Below are positions 46,595-56,403 of a stretch of DNA of 64,000 bases, piece after piece. Both the position numbers and the translations under genes were made by a program. The notes beneath the pieces were generated by a model. It worked only from the letters and a program-made list of their open reading frames with translations. It ran no database searches and was not told the origin of the DNA. The DNA is taken from positions 24,806-88,805 of the forward strand of contig CAZOGY010000001.1 in assembly GCA_964579305.1 (NCBI GenBank), written 5' to 3'. The DNA is from an uncultured Hyphomicrobiaceae bacterium (GTDB lineage Bacteria; Pseudomonadota; Alphaproteobacteria; Rhizobiales; Hyphomicrobiaceae). How positions within the stretch are numbered: the stretch's first letter is position 1; the number at the start of each line of letters is the position of its first letter.

Positions 46595-48958
46595 TTAAGC
46601 GCCGGCTTGTCGGGCGTCATCGTGCGTGTCCCGCCCTGGTCTGGTCGATGGGTGTGCGTCGTCAAACATATGTGTGGGCACGCCGGTGACGCTGATCCCG
46701 GCCAGTGAACCCAGCGGCACGCGCAACTGCGCCAGAGCTTGATCAACCAGTGCGCCGGGCGTTGATTGCCAGCGGACGGTCAGCACGATCGTGTCGGCGA
46801 AGCGGGCAACCTGCGATGCGTCGCTGACCGCCAGGATCGGTGGTGTATCAATCACCACACAATCGAAGGCATGCCTTGCGGCCTCCAGCACTGATGCCAA
46901 GTTGTGTTGTTCAATCAATGTCGGAGGGCTTTGGGATCGCACTGCGGCCGTGCCGGCGGGCAAGATGTGCGGCTCGCCTTGCGCGCGGGCTGGCACAACG
47001 ACATTTTGCAGTGCACAGCTACCGGCCAAGACATCGGCAAGTCCGGGCGCCAAACCGTATTGGTAGGCACGACTAACCTCGCATGCGCGCAAATCGGCAT
47101 CGATCAGACACACGGCGTTGCCCTGGATCGCCAAGGCATGCGCGAGGTTTGCTGTGATCAGTGCGCGGTCCTCATCGCCCAGCGGGGCGGCGATCATGAA
47201 GACCCGACCCAGCTTGGCGCTTGCGGCGTCGAACCCTGGGCTGGCGGGCAAGCGCGTCGCGCTGTGTGCGCTGCAATCGGCTGCCAGGGCGTGTATGGCG
47301 CGCGCGAACGGATCATGAGGCGCATCAAGGACCAGGCGCGGTCCGCGGTCGGGGTCGAAGCGATCTCGTGGGCTGATCAACGGCAGCGACGGCAAGCGTG
47401 CCAAATGGTCCACGGCGTGTGCGGGCTCGGCCGTGTCGGCGGCTAACGCGGTTTGGGGTTTGCGGGGCGCGGCCATGGTCGGCGTCAGGCCTGAGGCAGC
47501 GCGCAGCGTCTGCAGTAGGCCGAGCGCAAGCGCCACGCCAATCGCCATGGCCAAGCTGGCGACGACCGCGATTGCGGCCAGTTTTTTGCGCTTGGGCGCA
47601 ATTGGATGAAGCGGCACGGTGGCGCGTTCGATAATCGTGGCATCGGGAAACTGCAGGCCCTGCGTTTCGCGGGTTTGTTTGCGCCGCGCGAGCAATTGCT
47701 CATAGAGAGTGCGCGACGTCTCCACATCACGTTGTAATTCCGCAAGCGCCCAGTTTTTGTCTTTGTTACTTGCGATTTTTGCTTTCAGGCGGACGATGCT
47801 TTGGTTGAGACTTGCGACGGTTTCCGACGCAATTTGGAACTCGTTGCGCTGATTGGCGATAATGGCCTGCACCTCGCGATGCAGTTGCGCACGGGCCTTG
47901 GCCACGTCAGCGGCGACTTGCCGTAACGCTGGGTGGAGCGGACCGTAACGGGTCGATAGCTCAGCCTGTTTGCGCACGGAGCGCGACAGACCTTCGCGCA
48001 AAAGACGTACCGTCGCACTGTTGAGGACGTCGGCCAGTTCGGTGCCATCGCCGCCGCGTTTCAATGTCTCAGAGACAAGCGACAAACGTGCGGCGGCCGC
48101 GGCCTTGCGTTCCTTGGCGCGTACCAGCGTTTCCAATTCGCGGGCAAGCTGGCGCTCCAGGATCGGTTTGCCTTCCGCATCGTACAGGTCGTTTCGGGTT
48201 TTGAAATCTTCCAGTTTGCGTTCGGCGGCTGCAAGGCGGGTGCGCATTTTAACGATGCGATCGCTCAATAGCTTTTGCGCGCGCTGGCTTGCTGAGGCTT
48301 TCGCTTCCAATTGAGCGGCCAAATACGTTTCAACAATCGCGTCGGCAATTTCGGCGGCCCGGATGGCATTGGCGGCATAAAACGTCACCGCAATATGTCG
48401 CGAATTTCGAATACGTGCGACTTTGACGCGCTTCATGAACGCATCGAGGACTTCATCGCGCTGTTTGGTTGCGTCGTTCCATGGCGTTGCGGCCGGCTTG
48501 GAGCGTGTTTCGGGTGGCGTTGGCAGGGGCGCATTGGACGGTTGAGACAGCGCGCCTGACACGTCACGCCACAGGCTTGCGAGCCACGATGGCGCGGTGA
48601 ATTCGGGGTCGGTGCGCAGTTTGAAGCGCGCGATCACCTTGAGGGCCAGCGCCCGCGAAGCCAGCACCTCCACCTCGCTCTCAACGGCGGGTGTGTCGGC
48701 CTTCTGGTCTTGGACAACGGCGTCGATGGCGACGATCTGCTTGCGGCGTTGTTCGACCTGTACGGTCGCGGTTGCTGCGTATTGCTTTGGCAAGAGCAGG
48801 ATAATCGCGACCCCGCTCGCAGAGAGGATCAGCGTCAGGGCAAGGATCAGTCGCCAGCGAGCAAGCGCAAGCCGCGCGAAAAACTCCGGCGTAAACTCAA
48901 TTGCCTGATGTCTGGCGGCGCGGTCAGGGTAGGTCACGCTTGGGTCTGGCTCACTCAT
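46595..48958 (-). CDS. Polysaccharide co-polymerase (GumC/Wzz domain) fused to a BY-kinase-like domain with a degenerate P-loop
   Basis: It has an N-terminal TM, a long periplasmic coiled coil, a second TM (…LAAIAVVASLAMAIGVALALGLL…) and a C-terminal MinD/BY-kinase fold. Walker A' (CLIDADLR) and Walker B (VVIDTPP) are present, but the Walker A position reads APLGDEDRA. The ATG at 48958 is the likely start; the track start at 48967 is TTG. Confidence 0.85.
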   Translation of the reverse strand: MSEPDPSVTYPDRAARHQAIEFTPEFFARLALARWRLILALTLILSASGVAIILLLPKQYAATATVQVEQRRKQIVAIDAVVQDQKADTPAVESEVEVLASRALALKVIARFKLRTDPEFTAPSWLASLWRDVSGALSQPSNAPLPTPPETRSKPAATPWNDATKQRDEVLDAFMKRVKVARIRNSRHIAVTFYAANAIRAAEIADAIVETYLAAQLEAKASASQRAQKLLSDRIVKMRTRLAAAERKLEDFKTRNDLYDAEGKPILERQLARELETLVRAKERKAAAAARLSLVSETLKRGGDGTELADVLNSATVRLLREGLSRSVRKQAELSTRYGPLHPALRQVAADVAKARAQLHREVQAIIANQRNEFQIASETVASLNQSIVRLKAKIASNKDKNWALAELQRDVETSRTLYEQLLARRKQTRETQGLQFPDATIIERATVPLHPIAPKRKKLAAIAVVASLAMAIGVALALGLLQTLRAASGLTPTMAAPRKPQTALAADTAEPAHAVDHLARLPSLPLISPRDRFDPDRGPRLVLDAPHDPFARAIHALAADCSAHSATRLPASPGFDAASAKLGRVFMIAAPLGDEDRALITANLAHALAIQGNAVCLIDADLRACEVSRAYQYGLAPGLADVLAGSCALQNVVVPARAQGEPHILPAGTAAVRSQSPPTLIEQHNLASVLEAARHAFDCVVIDTPPILAVSDASQVARFADTIVLTVRWQSTPGALVDQALAQLRVPLGSLAGISVTGVPTHMFDDAHPSTRPGRDTHDDARQAGA

Positions 48959-49414
48959 ATCCGGCAATCGCGGCTACGCGGTCTCACTAAGTGCCAGGCG
49001 TGCCCGGCGTGCGTTTGGGCCAGGCTCATCCTGGATCGGATTGGGTCTTTCAATCGCTTTGCGGCGATACCTTTCAGCGCTTTGGCCTGGGGCGACGTCA
49101 CCAGACTTCGGGGGCGCTGTTCTGGTTTGCGCGTGCGGCAACGGCGCCGTCGCGATGGTTCACCGATTTCGACGTTCGCTACACCGCGCAAACCATGCGC
49201 CGCGTGGAGGATTGCGACGCCGCAACGCTGAGACCGCATGAAGCGCGCGCTCGTGTTCCGTTTCAGACGTTCGCCACCAGCCGACTGAGGGTTCAGAGCA
49301 AATGTTTGAAATTTGAGGAGCGCGAGCGGGTCTATGTTTCTCGTGTTGCTTTTGGCATTGACGTTGGCTCGCCGACCTCGCCGCAACCGGGAGGCAAACG
49401 TCAAAGCCGCAAAA

Positions 49415-50812
49415 CTAAAACAGCAGCTTGGTGGCGAACCAGACTTTGTTGTCCCACAGGTCATTACCCGGCTCGCTTGAGCTGCGGCGGGCATGTTCGA
49501 ACGCGCCCGACAAATGCACGTGCTTGGTGTGCAGGTACTGGAATCCAAAAGCGGCCGTCACGATCCTGTCGGTCCGGTCTGCGCCGCCGTAGTCATGCCA
49601 ACGATATGAACCGCTTAAGGTGAACACGAGGTTTCGAAGTGCTTCGATTGCCAGTTCGGCGTCGGCTTCCGTGCGAACCACGTCGCGGTCCAGCGATGTT
49701 TCATCGTAATCGCGGCGCAATGCGGCGCTCAACGTTGCGCGCTGGGTGATCAGCCACCGCACGGATGCGTCAGCCAAGATGCGGCCGTTGCCGACACCGT
49801 CACCGTCGTCATAGTCGCGCAGGCCATAACCAGCCGTGAAGCGCCAATGGAACCGCGGTGAGAGTTCACCCTGGATGCCAGTGATCATCTCATAGCCCCA
49901 CGCATCGAGGCGGCGCACGGCACTGCCGCGCTGGAGGCGGCGCAGGATCCGAAAGCGGGTCTGGAGGCCATAGCCGGGTGAAAGCCGGTAGGCGAGTTTC
50001 AGGTCTGACGATACGATCTTTGCGTCACGCAGATCTTGATCGACCGTTGTGCCTGATCGGTTGGTTACGTCTGAAAAATCATAGCTTTCATAACGTGCGC
50101 CGACAGTGGCGGAGAGGCGCCCGGCGTCGCGCGTGAAGCCGACGGCCGCCAAGTTTCGCCAGATCTGGCCACGCTCCAACGCATCGACCGGTGCCTCCGG
50201 GCTCAAACGATCTTCCGTGGTCAATTGGCTGAGAACGGAGATGGACAGCGTGTGCGCGTGGTTGAAATGGAGGGCTGCGTCGGCGGAGACGTATCCATCC
50301 GTCCGGTCCAGTGTGCCGGTTTCTGCATGTTTGCGCAAATCACCGGCCGCGGTGATATTCAATACATGGCGTTGAAAGCGTGAGCGCGCTTTGAGCGTTG
50401 GCAGCAATTGCACGCTGAAATCGCCAACGCGGTCGTTTGCGCTTCCAAAAACGTTGTCTTCGTAGATTTTGCGGGTCTCCAATTCGCCGAAGACAAGGAA
50501 ATTGCCAACCCTGAGACCTTCGGGGCGAAAGGGTTTTCGGTCGCGCTCGGCCATACCTTCTGCGCCGAGTGTCTTGCGCGCGTCCCAAACCCGTTCACGC
50601 TCACGACCGGCCACGGTGCGCGGCAATTCACCAGCGTCGCTCTTGAGGTCGAGCGCGCCGGCCGGGCTTGCAACGAGGGTTGCGCCGGCGCCGATGGCCA
50701 TCGCACAGGCGGCCATCGCGATCGCGCAAGGCAGCCTGACAGGGGGGGGCGTGCGCTCGCTGGGTGCTGGGCGCGGGATCGCCGCATGCCGATTTCGCCA
50801 CAGGGCGCGCAT
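49415..50812 (-). CDS. Putative outer-membrane beta-barrel protein of the polysaccharide export locus
   Basis: It has a signal-like N-terminus, alternating hydrophobic/polar beta-strand-like segments throughout and a C-terminal aromatic residue (...KVWFATKLLF). The ATG at 50812 lies 2 nt after the OPX stop. Confidence 0.6.
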   Translation of the reverse strand: MRALWRNRHAAIPRPAPSERTPPPVRLPCAIAMAACAMAIGAGATLVASPAGALDLKSDAGELPRTVAGRERERVWDARKTLGAEGMAERDRKPFRPEGLRVGNFLVFGELETRKIYEDNVFGSANDRVGDFSVQLLPTLKARSRFQRHVLNITAAGDLRKHAETGTLDRTDGYVSADAALHFNHAHTLSISVLSQLTTEDRLSPEAPVDALERGQIWRNLAAVGFTRDAGRLSATVGARYESYDFSDVTNRSGTTVDQDLRDAKIVSSDLKLAYRLSPGYGLQTRFRILRRLQRGSAVRRLDAWGYEMITGIQGELSPRFHWRFTAGYGLRDYDDGDGVGNGRILADASVRWLITQRATLSAALRRDYDETSLDRDVVRTEADAELAIEALRNLVFTLSGSYRWHDYGGADRTDRIVTAAFGFQYLHTKHVHLSGAFEHARRSSSEPGNDLWDNKVWFATKLLF

Positions 50813-50814
50813 TT

Positions 50815-51405
50815 TCAAAAGAACCGCTCGGGGACGCGGACATTATCGCCGGGCCTGAGTGCGGCGGCGGCTGGAACCGTGACTTTGACCGGTTCGTGCA
50901 AGGTGCGCCGGCGTAAGACAACGAACGTCTCGTCCGCGCGATAGGTATATCCGCCCGCCAGCGCGATCGCGTCGGTTATGGTCAAGCCCGGTCGATAGGG
51001 GAATTCGCCTGGTTTTTTCACTTCGCCGTGAATGAACAAGGGAAGATAAGCGGCCACGTCCACCGTCACGCGCGGCTTTTGCAGATATCCTTTCGACAGG
51101 CGGTTGGTCAGGTGGGCGCGCAATTGGCGGCTTGTCAGGCCGGCGGCGCGCACAGGCCCTAAAAGCGGCATCGCGATCCGGCCTGTGGGATCGATGACGA
51201 AGGTGCCCGATAGATCTTTTTCGCCGAACACGACGATTGCGACCTGCTCACCAGGTACCAGGCGATGCTCCGTCTTGGCCGCACCAGCCAATCGCGCAGG
51301 TTCGGCGAACGGCAGGTGGCGATAGCTCGTGCAGCCGGTCAGGGCGCACAGCGCCGCGATCAGGGTCGCAACAGTTTTGATGGGCCACTTGGAGACAACG
51401 CTCAC
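50815..51405 (-). CDS. Short outer-membrane polysaccharide export (OPX, Wza-like) lipoprotein
   Basis: It has a lipobox, LCALTGC. The Poly_export and SLBB-like regions read ...HRLVPGEQVAIVVFGEKDLSGTFVIDPTGRIAMPLLGPVRAAGLTSRQL...PLFIHGEVKKPGEFPYRPGLTITDAIALAGG... It is only ~196 aa from the GTG at 51405; the track start is 51453. Confidence 0.8.
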   Translation of the reverse strand: MSVVSKWPIKTVATLIAALCALTGCTSYRHLPFAEPARLAGAAKTEHRLVPGEQVAIVVFGEKDLSGTFVIDPTGRIAMPLLGPVRAAGLTSRQLRAHLTNRLSKGYLQKPRVTVDVAAYLPLFIHGEVKKPGEFPYRPGLTITDAIALAGGYTYRADETFVVLRRRTLHEPVKVTVPAAAALRPGDNVRVPERFF

Positions 51406-51541
51406 GTCACTACGCCTGCACTGGACTTCGTGTGATGCAACTGACGATCCCATTGCGGAAAGTCAGCAGCATGCGATTCACCTTAGATGCGCTGTCTCGA
51501 TAAATGAAAAGTTGAGGGAGTGCTGCGGGGCGCTGTGGAAA

Positions 51542-51976
51542 TCACATCAGCTCAACGGAGGCCAAGCCACGGTTGATGTCGTATTCGCAGCGCAACTGAG
51601 AGCCCGAAGCTGTTGTCATCACGCGCAAAATTGGGCTCTGGAATCGGCTTGACCAGAGCCTGTGATTGATCTGCCAAAACTGCACATCCACGTTCGGCTT
51701 GCCGATTTGCAACACGATATCGATTTCGTCCGACCACACTTTGGCTGGCGCCCGCAAAGCGCTGCGGGTGCCCGCGTGGGCACACGCGCGAATTGCGTCA
51801 CTGCGGAACGTGGTAACAATGACGCTCTCGGTCGCCTGCCTGTAGAGCAGGGTTTCAACGCCAAGCTTGGCGATGACGAGAACGACCACGATCGTGACGG
51901 CAGCCCGCAGCATGGCTCGGATCCAGGACGAAAACCGGGTTGCGGCGCCAAACTGCCGCGGTCCGATGATCCGCAA
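51542..51976 (-). CDS. Hypothetical membrane-anchored protein (144 aa, TTG start)
   Basis: It has one TM (AVTIVVVLVIAKLGV) and lies upstream of the OPX gene on the same strand. I recognise no family and the start is uncertain. Confidence 0.35.
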   Translation of the reverse strand: MRIIGPRQFGAATRFSSWIRAMLRAAVTIVVVLVIAKLGVETLLYRQATESVIVTTFRSDAIRACAHAGTRSALRAPAKVWSDEIDIVLQIGKPNVDVQFWQINHRLWSSRFQSPILRVMTTASGSQLRCEYDINRGLASVELM

Positions 51977-52084
51977 TCATGGTTAATACCGCCTTGCGAC
52001 CCCTACAACAGGTTCGCTCCGGCGGTTAGGCAGGCGCAAACCGGTCCGCCGATTCCTGTGAGCGCGGCTGTCGCCGAGATGATG

Positions 52085-53296
52085 TCAGGCCAGGAGGCGG
52101 CCGATCCGCTCCATTGCGTTGCGGATGTTGTCTTCAGAGTTGGCGTAGGAAAAGCGGATGTAGCCTTCGCCGTGGATGCCGAAGCTTGGACCGGCGATTG
52201 CAGCGACGCCGGCTTCTTCCAGCATGGCGGTTTGCAAGTCGTTTGAGGATCGGCCCGTGCCGGTGATGTTTGGGAAGGCATAGAACGCGCCGGCTGGCTC
52301 GATGCATGTCACGCCCGGCAGGTCGTTCAGCGCTGCAACGATCACCTTTCGCCGTCTGGCAAAAGCTTCCATCATCTGGCCGACGGCGTCTTGCGGCCCG
52401 GTCAGCGCGGCGATCCCGGCAAATTGGGTTGGCGCATTCACGCAGGAAACGGAATTGACATTCAAGCGCACGATCGTTTCGACCAGCGATTGCGGCCAGA
52501 CGCTGAAGCCCAGGCGCCAACCCGTCATGGCGTAGGTTTTTGACCAACCATCGAGGACGATCAGGCGATTGCGGATCTCAGGATACCGAAGCAGACTGTG
52601 AAAGCCTTCTTCGGAATAGAGCATTTGAGAGTAGATTTCGTCTGACAGGATTGCGATGTCAGGATAGCGGTCGAGCCCGTCGACCAATTTGTCGATTTGA
52701 GATTTGGGCACTGCACCGCCGGTTGGATTGCCGGGGCTGTTGAGAATGATCAGGCTGGTGTGCTCGGTCACCTGATCAAGGACGCGGTCGGCGTCAAAAG
52801 CAAAACCATTCGCTTCTTCCAGGACGATCGGAACAGGCTTGGCGCCTGAATATTGGATCATTGAGCGATAAATCGGGAAGCCCGGATCGGGATAAAGGAT
52901 CTCGCGGCCCGCACCGCCGAACATGAGCATGGCAAAGAACATGGTCGGCTTGCCGCCGGGCATGATGACGACTGTCTCGGGTGAGACCTCGACGCCGTGT
53001 CGGCGATGCAAATCCGCGCTCACGGCCTCGCGCAGGGGGAGAATCCCTTGCGCCGGCGTGTAGCCGTGGTGGCCGTCACGCAGAGCTTTGATTGCGCCTT
53101 CAACGATGTGCTCGGGCGTTTTAAAGTCGGGCTGGCCGATCCCGAGGTTGATGATGTCGCGGCCTTCGCGTTCCAATTCGGCGGCGCGGGCGAGCACTTC
53201 GAAGGCGGTCTCGGTCCCCAGATTGCTGAGGTTTTCTGCGAGTTTCAAATCACACTCCAAGTTTCGGGGCCGGTTTTTTGGCACCGTGTCGATCAT
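52085..53296 (-). CDS. Class I/II PLP-dependent aminotransferase (aspartate aminotransferase-like)
   Basis: ...IINLGIGQPDFKTPEHIVEGAIKAL... and the PLP-lysine motif ...DGWSKTYAMTGWRLGF... Start trimmed to the ATG at 53296 (MIDTVPKN). Confidence 0.9.
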   Translation of the reverse strand: MIDTVPKNRPRNLECDLKLAENLSNLGTETAFEVLARAAELEREGRDIINLGIGQPDFKTPEHIVEGAIKALRDGHHGYTPAQGILPLREAVSADLHRRHGVEVSPETVVIMPGGKPTMFFAMLMFGGAGREILYPDPGFPIYRSMIQYSGAKPVPIVLEEANGFAFDADRVLDQVTEHTSLIILNSPGNPTGGAVPKSQIDKLVDGLDRYPDIAILSDEIYSQMLYSEEGFHSLLRYPEIRNRLIVLDGWSKTYAMTGWRLGFSVWPQSLVETIVRLNVNSVSCVNAPTQFAGIAALTGPQDAVGQMMEAFARRRKVIVAALNDLPGVTCIEPAGAFYAFPNITGTGRSSNDLQTAMLEEAGVAAIAGPSFGIHGEGYIRFSYANSEDNIRNAMERIGRLLA

Positions 53297-53336
53297 TGTC
53301 TTGATAAGCGTCAGCGTTGCTTGATCTGTCGCTTGA

Positions 53337-54260
53337 CTAATACAGGAGCCGGAACAAGAGGACACCGAGAACGGTTGTCGCGATCCCGGCGAGTTCCAAC
53401 CGGGTCAGTGTCTCTTTGAAGTAGGCCCACGAGATCAGCAAGGTGAAGACCACTTCGATCTGGCCAACGGCGCGCACATAGGAAGCGTTCTGGATCGCGA
53501 AGGCTGTAAACCAACTGATCGACCCAAGGGCGCTGGTGACCCCGATAAAAGAGATGATCCGGCGGTTCGGCCAGATCTGGCCAAAGACTTCGGGTTCGCG
53601 CCAGATCAAATATGCGCCGACGCCGACGACCTGCATGGCTGTTGCGATCACCACCGTCCAAGCGCCGCGCCAAAGAAAGTCGGCGTCACCGAGGATCAGC
53701 GTCGCCTCGCGCAGGAATAAATATGACAATGTGAAGCCAAGTGCGCTGCCAAATGCAACGAGCGTCGCTTTTGAGGTGAGCACATCAAGCAGCCCGCTTG
53801 AGCCGGCCGTCAGCTTATCAACGCCCATGCGGCCAACGGTCATTAAAAGGACGCCGGCGAGGACGATCAGCAGAGCGGCGACACCGCCGAACGATAAGAC
53901 TTCCGAAAAAAGAAGTGTGCCGATCAGCGCGGTCAAAACGATATCGACCTTTGTCAGCATCGTCCCGATCGCGAAATTGCGCAGCTTGAACAGATAGACA
54001 AGAAGCATGGTCGCGATGACCTGTGTCAGCGCACCGGCAAACGTGTTCAGCAGATAGGCAGTCGTAAGTGCTGGGACCCCGCCACCGCGCAGGCTCAAAA
54101 TCAGCGCCAGATACACCAGCATAACCGGGAGCCCGACGAGCGAGCGGACATATGTCGTGCCCAGATTCGACATTGTTTGGTTGAGCTGTTTTTGCGCAGC
54201 GGTACGCACCGCTTGCATGAGGGCCGCAAAAATACTGATGGGGATCCAGACAAAGTCCAA
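53337..54260 (-). CDS. DMT-superfamily (EamA-like) transporter
   Basis: 307 aa with about 10 TM segments in two repeated halves. TTG start at 54260. Confidence 0.8.
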   Translation of the reverse strand: MDFVWIPISIFAALMQAVRTAAQKQLNQTMSNLGTTYVRSLVGLPVMLVYLALILSLRGGGVPALTTAYLLNTFAGALTQVIATMLLVYLFKLRNFAIGTMLTKVDIVLTALIGTLLFSEVLSFGGVAALLIVLAGVLLMTVGRMGVDKLTAGSSGLLDVLTSKATLVAFGSALGFTLSYLFLREATLILGDADFLWRGAWTVVIATAMQVVGVGAYLIWREPEVFGQIWPNRRIISFIGVTSALGSISWFTAFAIQNASYVRAVGQIEVVFTLLISWAYFKETLTRLELAGIATTVLGVLLFRLLY

Positions 54261-54430
54261 GGCGGCGCCTCATGCGGAGAATGGGCCGGTTTCGTGCGCG
54301 AACTGGCGCAAGAGCGGCTTGGGCTGGGCAGCCCGTTTCGGGAATAAGGATGCGTGTGGTAGCCAATCGCACCGCAAGAGGCAAAGCACAATCATAAGGC
54401 CGGCGGAGCGGACCGGTGGGAGGGGCGGCA

Positions 54431-55354
54431 ATGACGGATCGCGCAACGGTGGGATTGATCGGCGTTGGCAACATGGGGGCGCCAATGGCGGTGAATATCG
54501 CGCAGGGCAATTATGATGTCATTGCGTTCGATGCGCGAGGCGATGTTCTCGCGGCAGCGTGCGGTATGCACGAGCGTGTGAGCCCCGCAGACAGCGTGGC
54601 CGATATTGCTGCGCAAGCCGATGTGATCATCACCATGTTGCCCGATAGCGATGTCGTCAATCGCGTTGTGTTTGGCAGCGGCGATGCGCCGGAAAGCGAG
54701 GTCCTAAGCCCGCATTTGCGCGCGGGAAGCCTCATTATAGATATGAGCTCGTCATTCCCAATCGCGACGCGGGCCTTGGCGGAAAAACTTGGCGCGCTCG
54801 ACGTTGCACTTGTGGATGCGCCGGTGTCGGGCGGCGTGGGCAAGGCGAAAAGCGGCACACTTGCGATTATGTGCGGCGGCACTGATGCGGCCGTGACGCG
54901 GGCGATGCCAATCCTGGAGACAATGGGGACGGTGTTTCGTACCGGCGATGTTGGGACGGGACATGCCATGAAAGCGCTCAACAATTACGTGTCGGCGGCC
55001 GGGCTGATTGCCACTTGCGAAGCGCTCGGTGTCGGCCGCGCTTTTGGTCTTGAGCCGGAACGGATGGTGGAAATCCTCAATGCATCGACGGGCAAGAACA
55101 ATACGACGGAGAATAAAGTCGCGCGGTTCATGTTGTCAGGGGCGTTCGATTCCGGCTTTGCGCTTGCGTTGATGGCCAAAGATGTCGGGATGGCGCGCCA
55201 ATTGGCCGATAGCTTGCACATTGAGGCGCAAGAGCTTGATCTTGTGAGCGCCTATTTACAAAGCGCGCTTTCAAAGCTCGGCCATGATGCTGATCATACG
55301 GCCGTGTTTCAGGTGGCTGCACTGAGCGATAGGACGAAGCCAGCGGCCGATTGA
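54431..55354 (+). CDS. NAD(P)-dependent oxidoreductase of the 3-hydroxyisobutyrate dehydrogenase family
   Basis: Rossmann motif VGLIGVGNMGAPMAVNIA, then ...GGVGKAKSGTLAIMCGG... and ...GHAMKALNNY... ATG at 54431, after GGGAGGGG. Confidence 0.85.
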   Translation: MTDRATVGLIGVGNMGAPMAVNIAQGNYDVIAFDARGDVLAAACGMHERVSPADSVADIAAQADVIITMLPDSDVVNRVVFGSGDAPESEVLSPHLRAGSLIIDMSSSFPIATRALAEKLGALDVALVDAPVSGGVGKAKSGTLAIMCGGTDAAVTRAMPILETMGTVFRTGDVGTGHAMKALNNYVSAAGLIATCEALGVGRAFGLEPERMVEILNASTGKNNTTENKVARFMLSGAFDSGFALALMAKDVGMARQLADSLHIEAQELDLVSAYLQSALSKLGHDADHTAVFQVAALSDRTKPAAD

Positions 55355-55458
55355 CGTTTCGGCCAGTCCATTTTGGGCATAGTGACGGGGCCGCCGATTG
55401 CGCGACGGCCCAGGCCTTTATTGGTAGGCAGAGGCAGGCGGTGCCTTTCGCCGAGGTG

Positions 55459-56403
55459 CTAATCGCCAAAACCGACGGCCGTGGTATTTGCGCCACAAAT
55501 AACGACACCAACGCGCGCGTCGTCGGTTGGTTTGACGGCGCCGCTCAATAATGCGGCAAGGCCGGTCGCGCCGGCGGGTTCGGCAACAATGCGCAGCCGA
55601 TCCCAAAGCAGTTCCTGGGCCTGTCGGATTGCGTCGTCTGGGACTGATACCACGTCTTCGACATATGTTTGTATGAGTGGAAAGGCGAGTTCGCCAATGC
55701 GGCGAGCGCCAAGGGCATCGGCTGCGATCCCGGTGACGGAAACATCGGTTGGTTTGCCGGCATCCAAAGCTGCTTTTGCCGTTGGACAGCCTTCCGGTTC
55801 CACACCAATCAATTGCATGCTGCCCTGAAGCCAAGCTGCGGCGCCGCCAATGAGGCCGCCGCCGCCGATCGCCATTATCATCGTTGTCAGCCCGGGCGAT
55901 TGCGATTGGAATTCCAGGGCGAGACTACCTTGCCCAACAAGTGTCTCGGGCTGGTCATAGGCATGGATTTGTTTTGCGCCGGTTGTTTCGGCATGCGCCC
56001 GTGCGGCGGCAAGGGCGTCGGCGTACGTGCCTGGAACGCGATGCAATTTGGCGCCAAAACTTTCAATGAGTGCTTGTTTGGCGGGCGATGCGATGTCGGG
56101 CACGAATATCGCGGCTTGCGTGCTGTTACGCTGAGCCGCGAACGCGACGGCTGCGCCGTGATTTCCGCCCGAGGCTGCAATGACACCGGCTTGCGGCGCA
56201 GCGCCCAACAAAAAATGCGTCAGTGCGCCGCGGGCTTTGAACGAGCCGCTGTGTTGCGTGCCTTCCAATTTGAAATGGAGCTCGAAGTTCTCCAATCCGA
56301 AATCCGTGCCGGCGGTGACAATGACTGGCGTTCGGCGCAGATGTCCGCGCAATCGGTTGTAATTGGCTGAAATGGTCTCACGGTTGATCGCATATTCCGT
56401 CAT
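55459..56403 (-). CDS. PLP-dependent threonine/serine dehydratase (fold type II)
   Basis: PLP-lysine motif ...LEGTQHSGSFKARGALTHFL... and the Gly-rich loop GGGGLIGG. Start trimmed to the ATG at 56403 (MTEYAINRE). Confidence 0.85.
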   Translation of the reverse strand: MTEYAINRETISANYNRLRGHLRRTPVIVTAGTDFGLENFELHFKLEGTQHSGSFKARGALTHFLLGAAPQAGVIAASGGNHGAAVAFAAQRNSTQAAIFVPDIASPAKQALIESFGAKLHRVPGTYADALAAARAHAETTGAKQIHAYDQPETLVGQGSLALEFQSQSPGLTTMIMAIGGGGLIGGAAAWLQGSMQLIGVEPEGCPTAKAALDAGKPTDVSVTGIAADALGARRIGELAFPLIQTYVEDVVSVPDDAIRQAQELLWDRLRIVAEPAGATGLAALLSGAVKPTDDARVGVVICGANTTAVGFGD

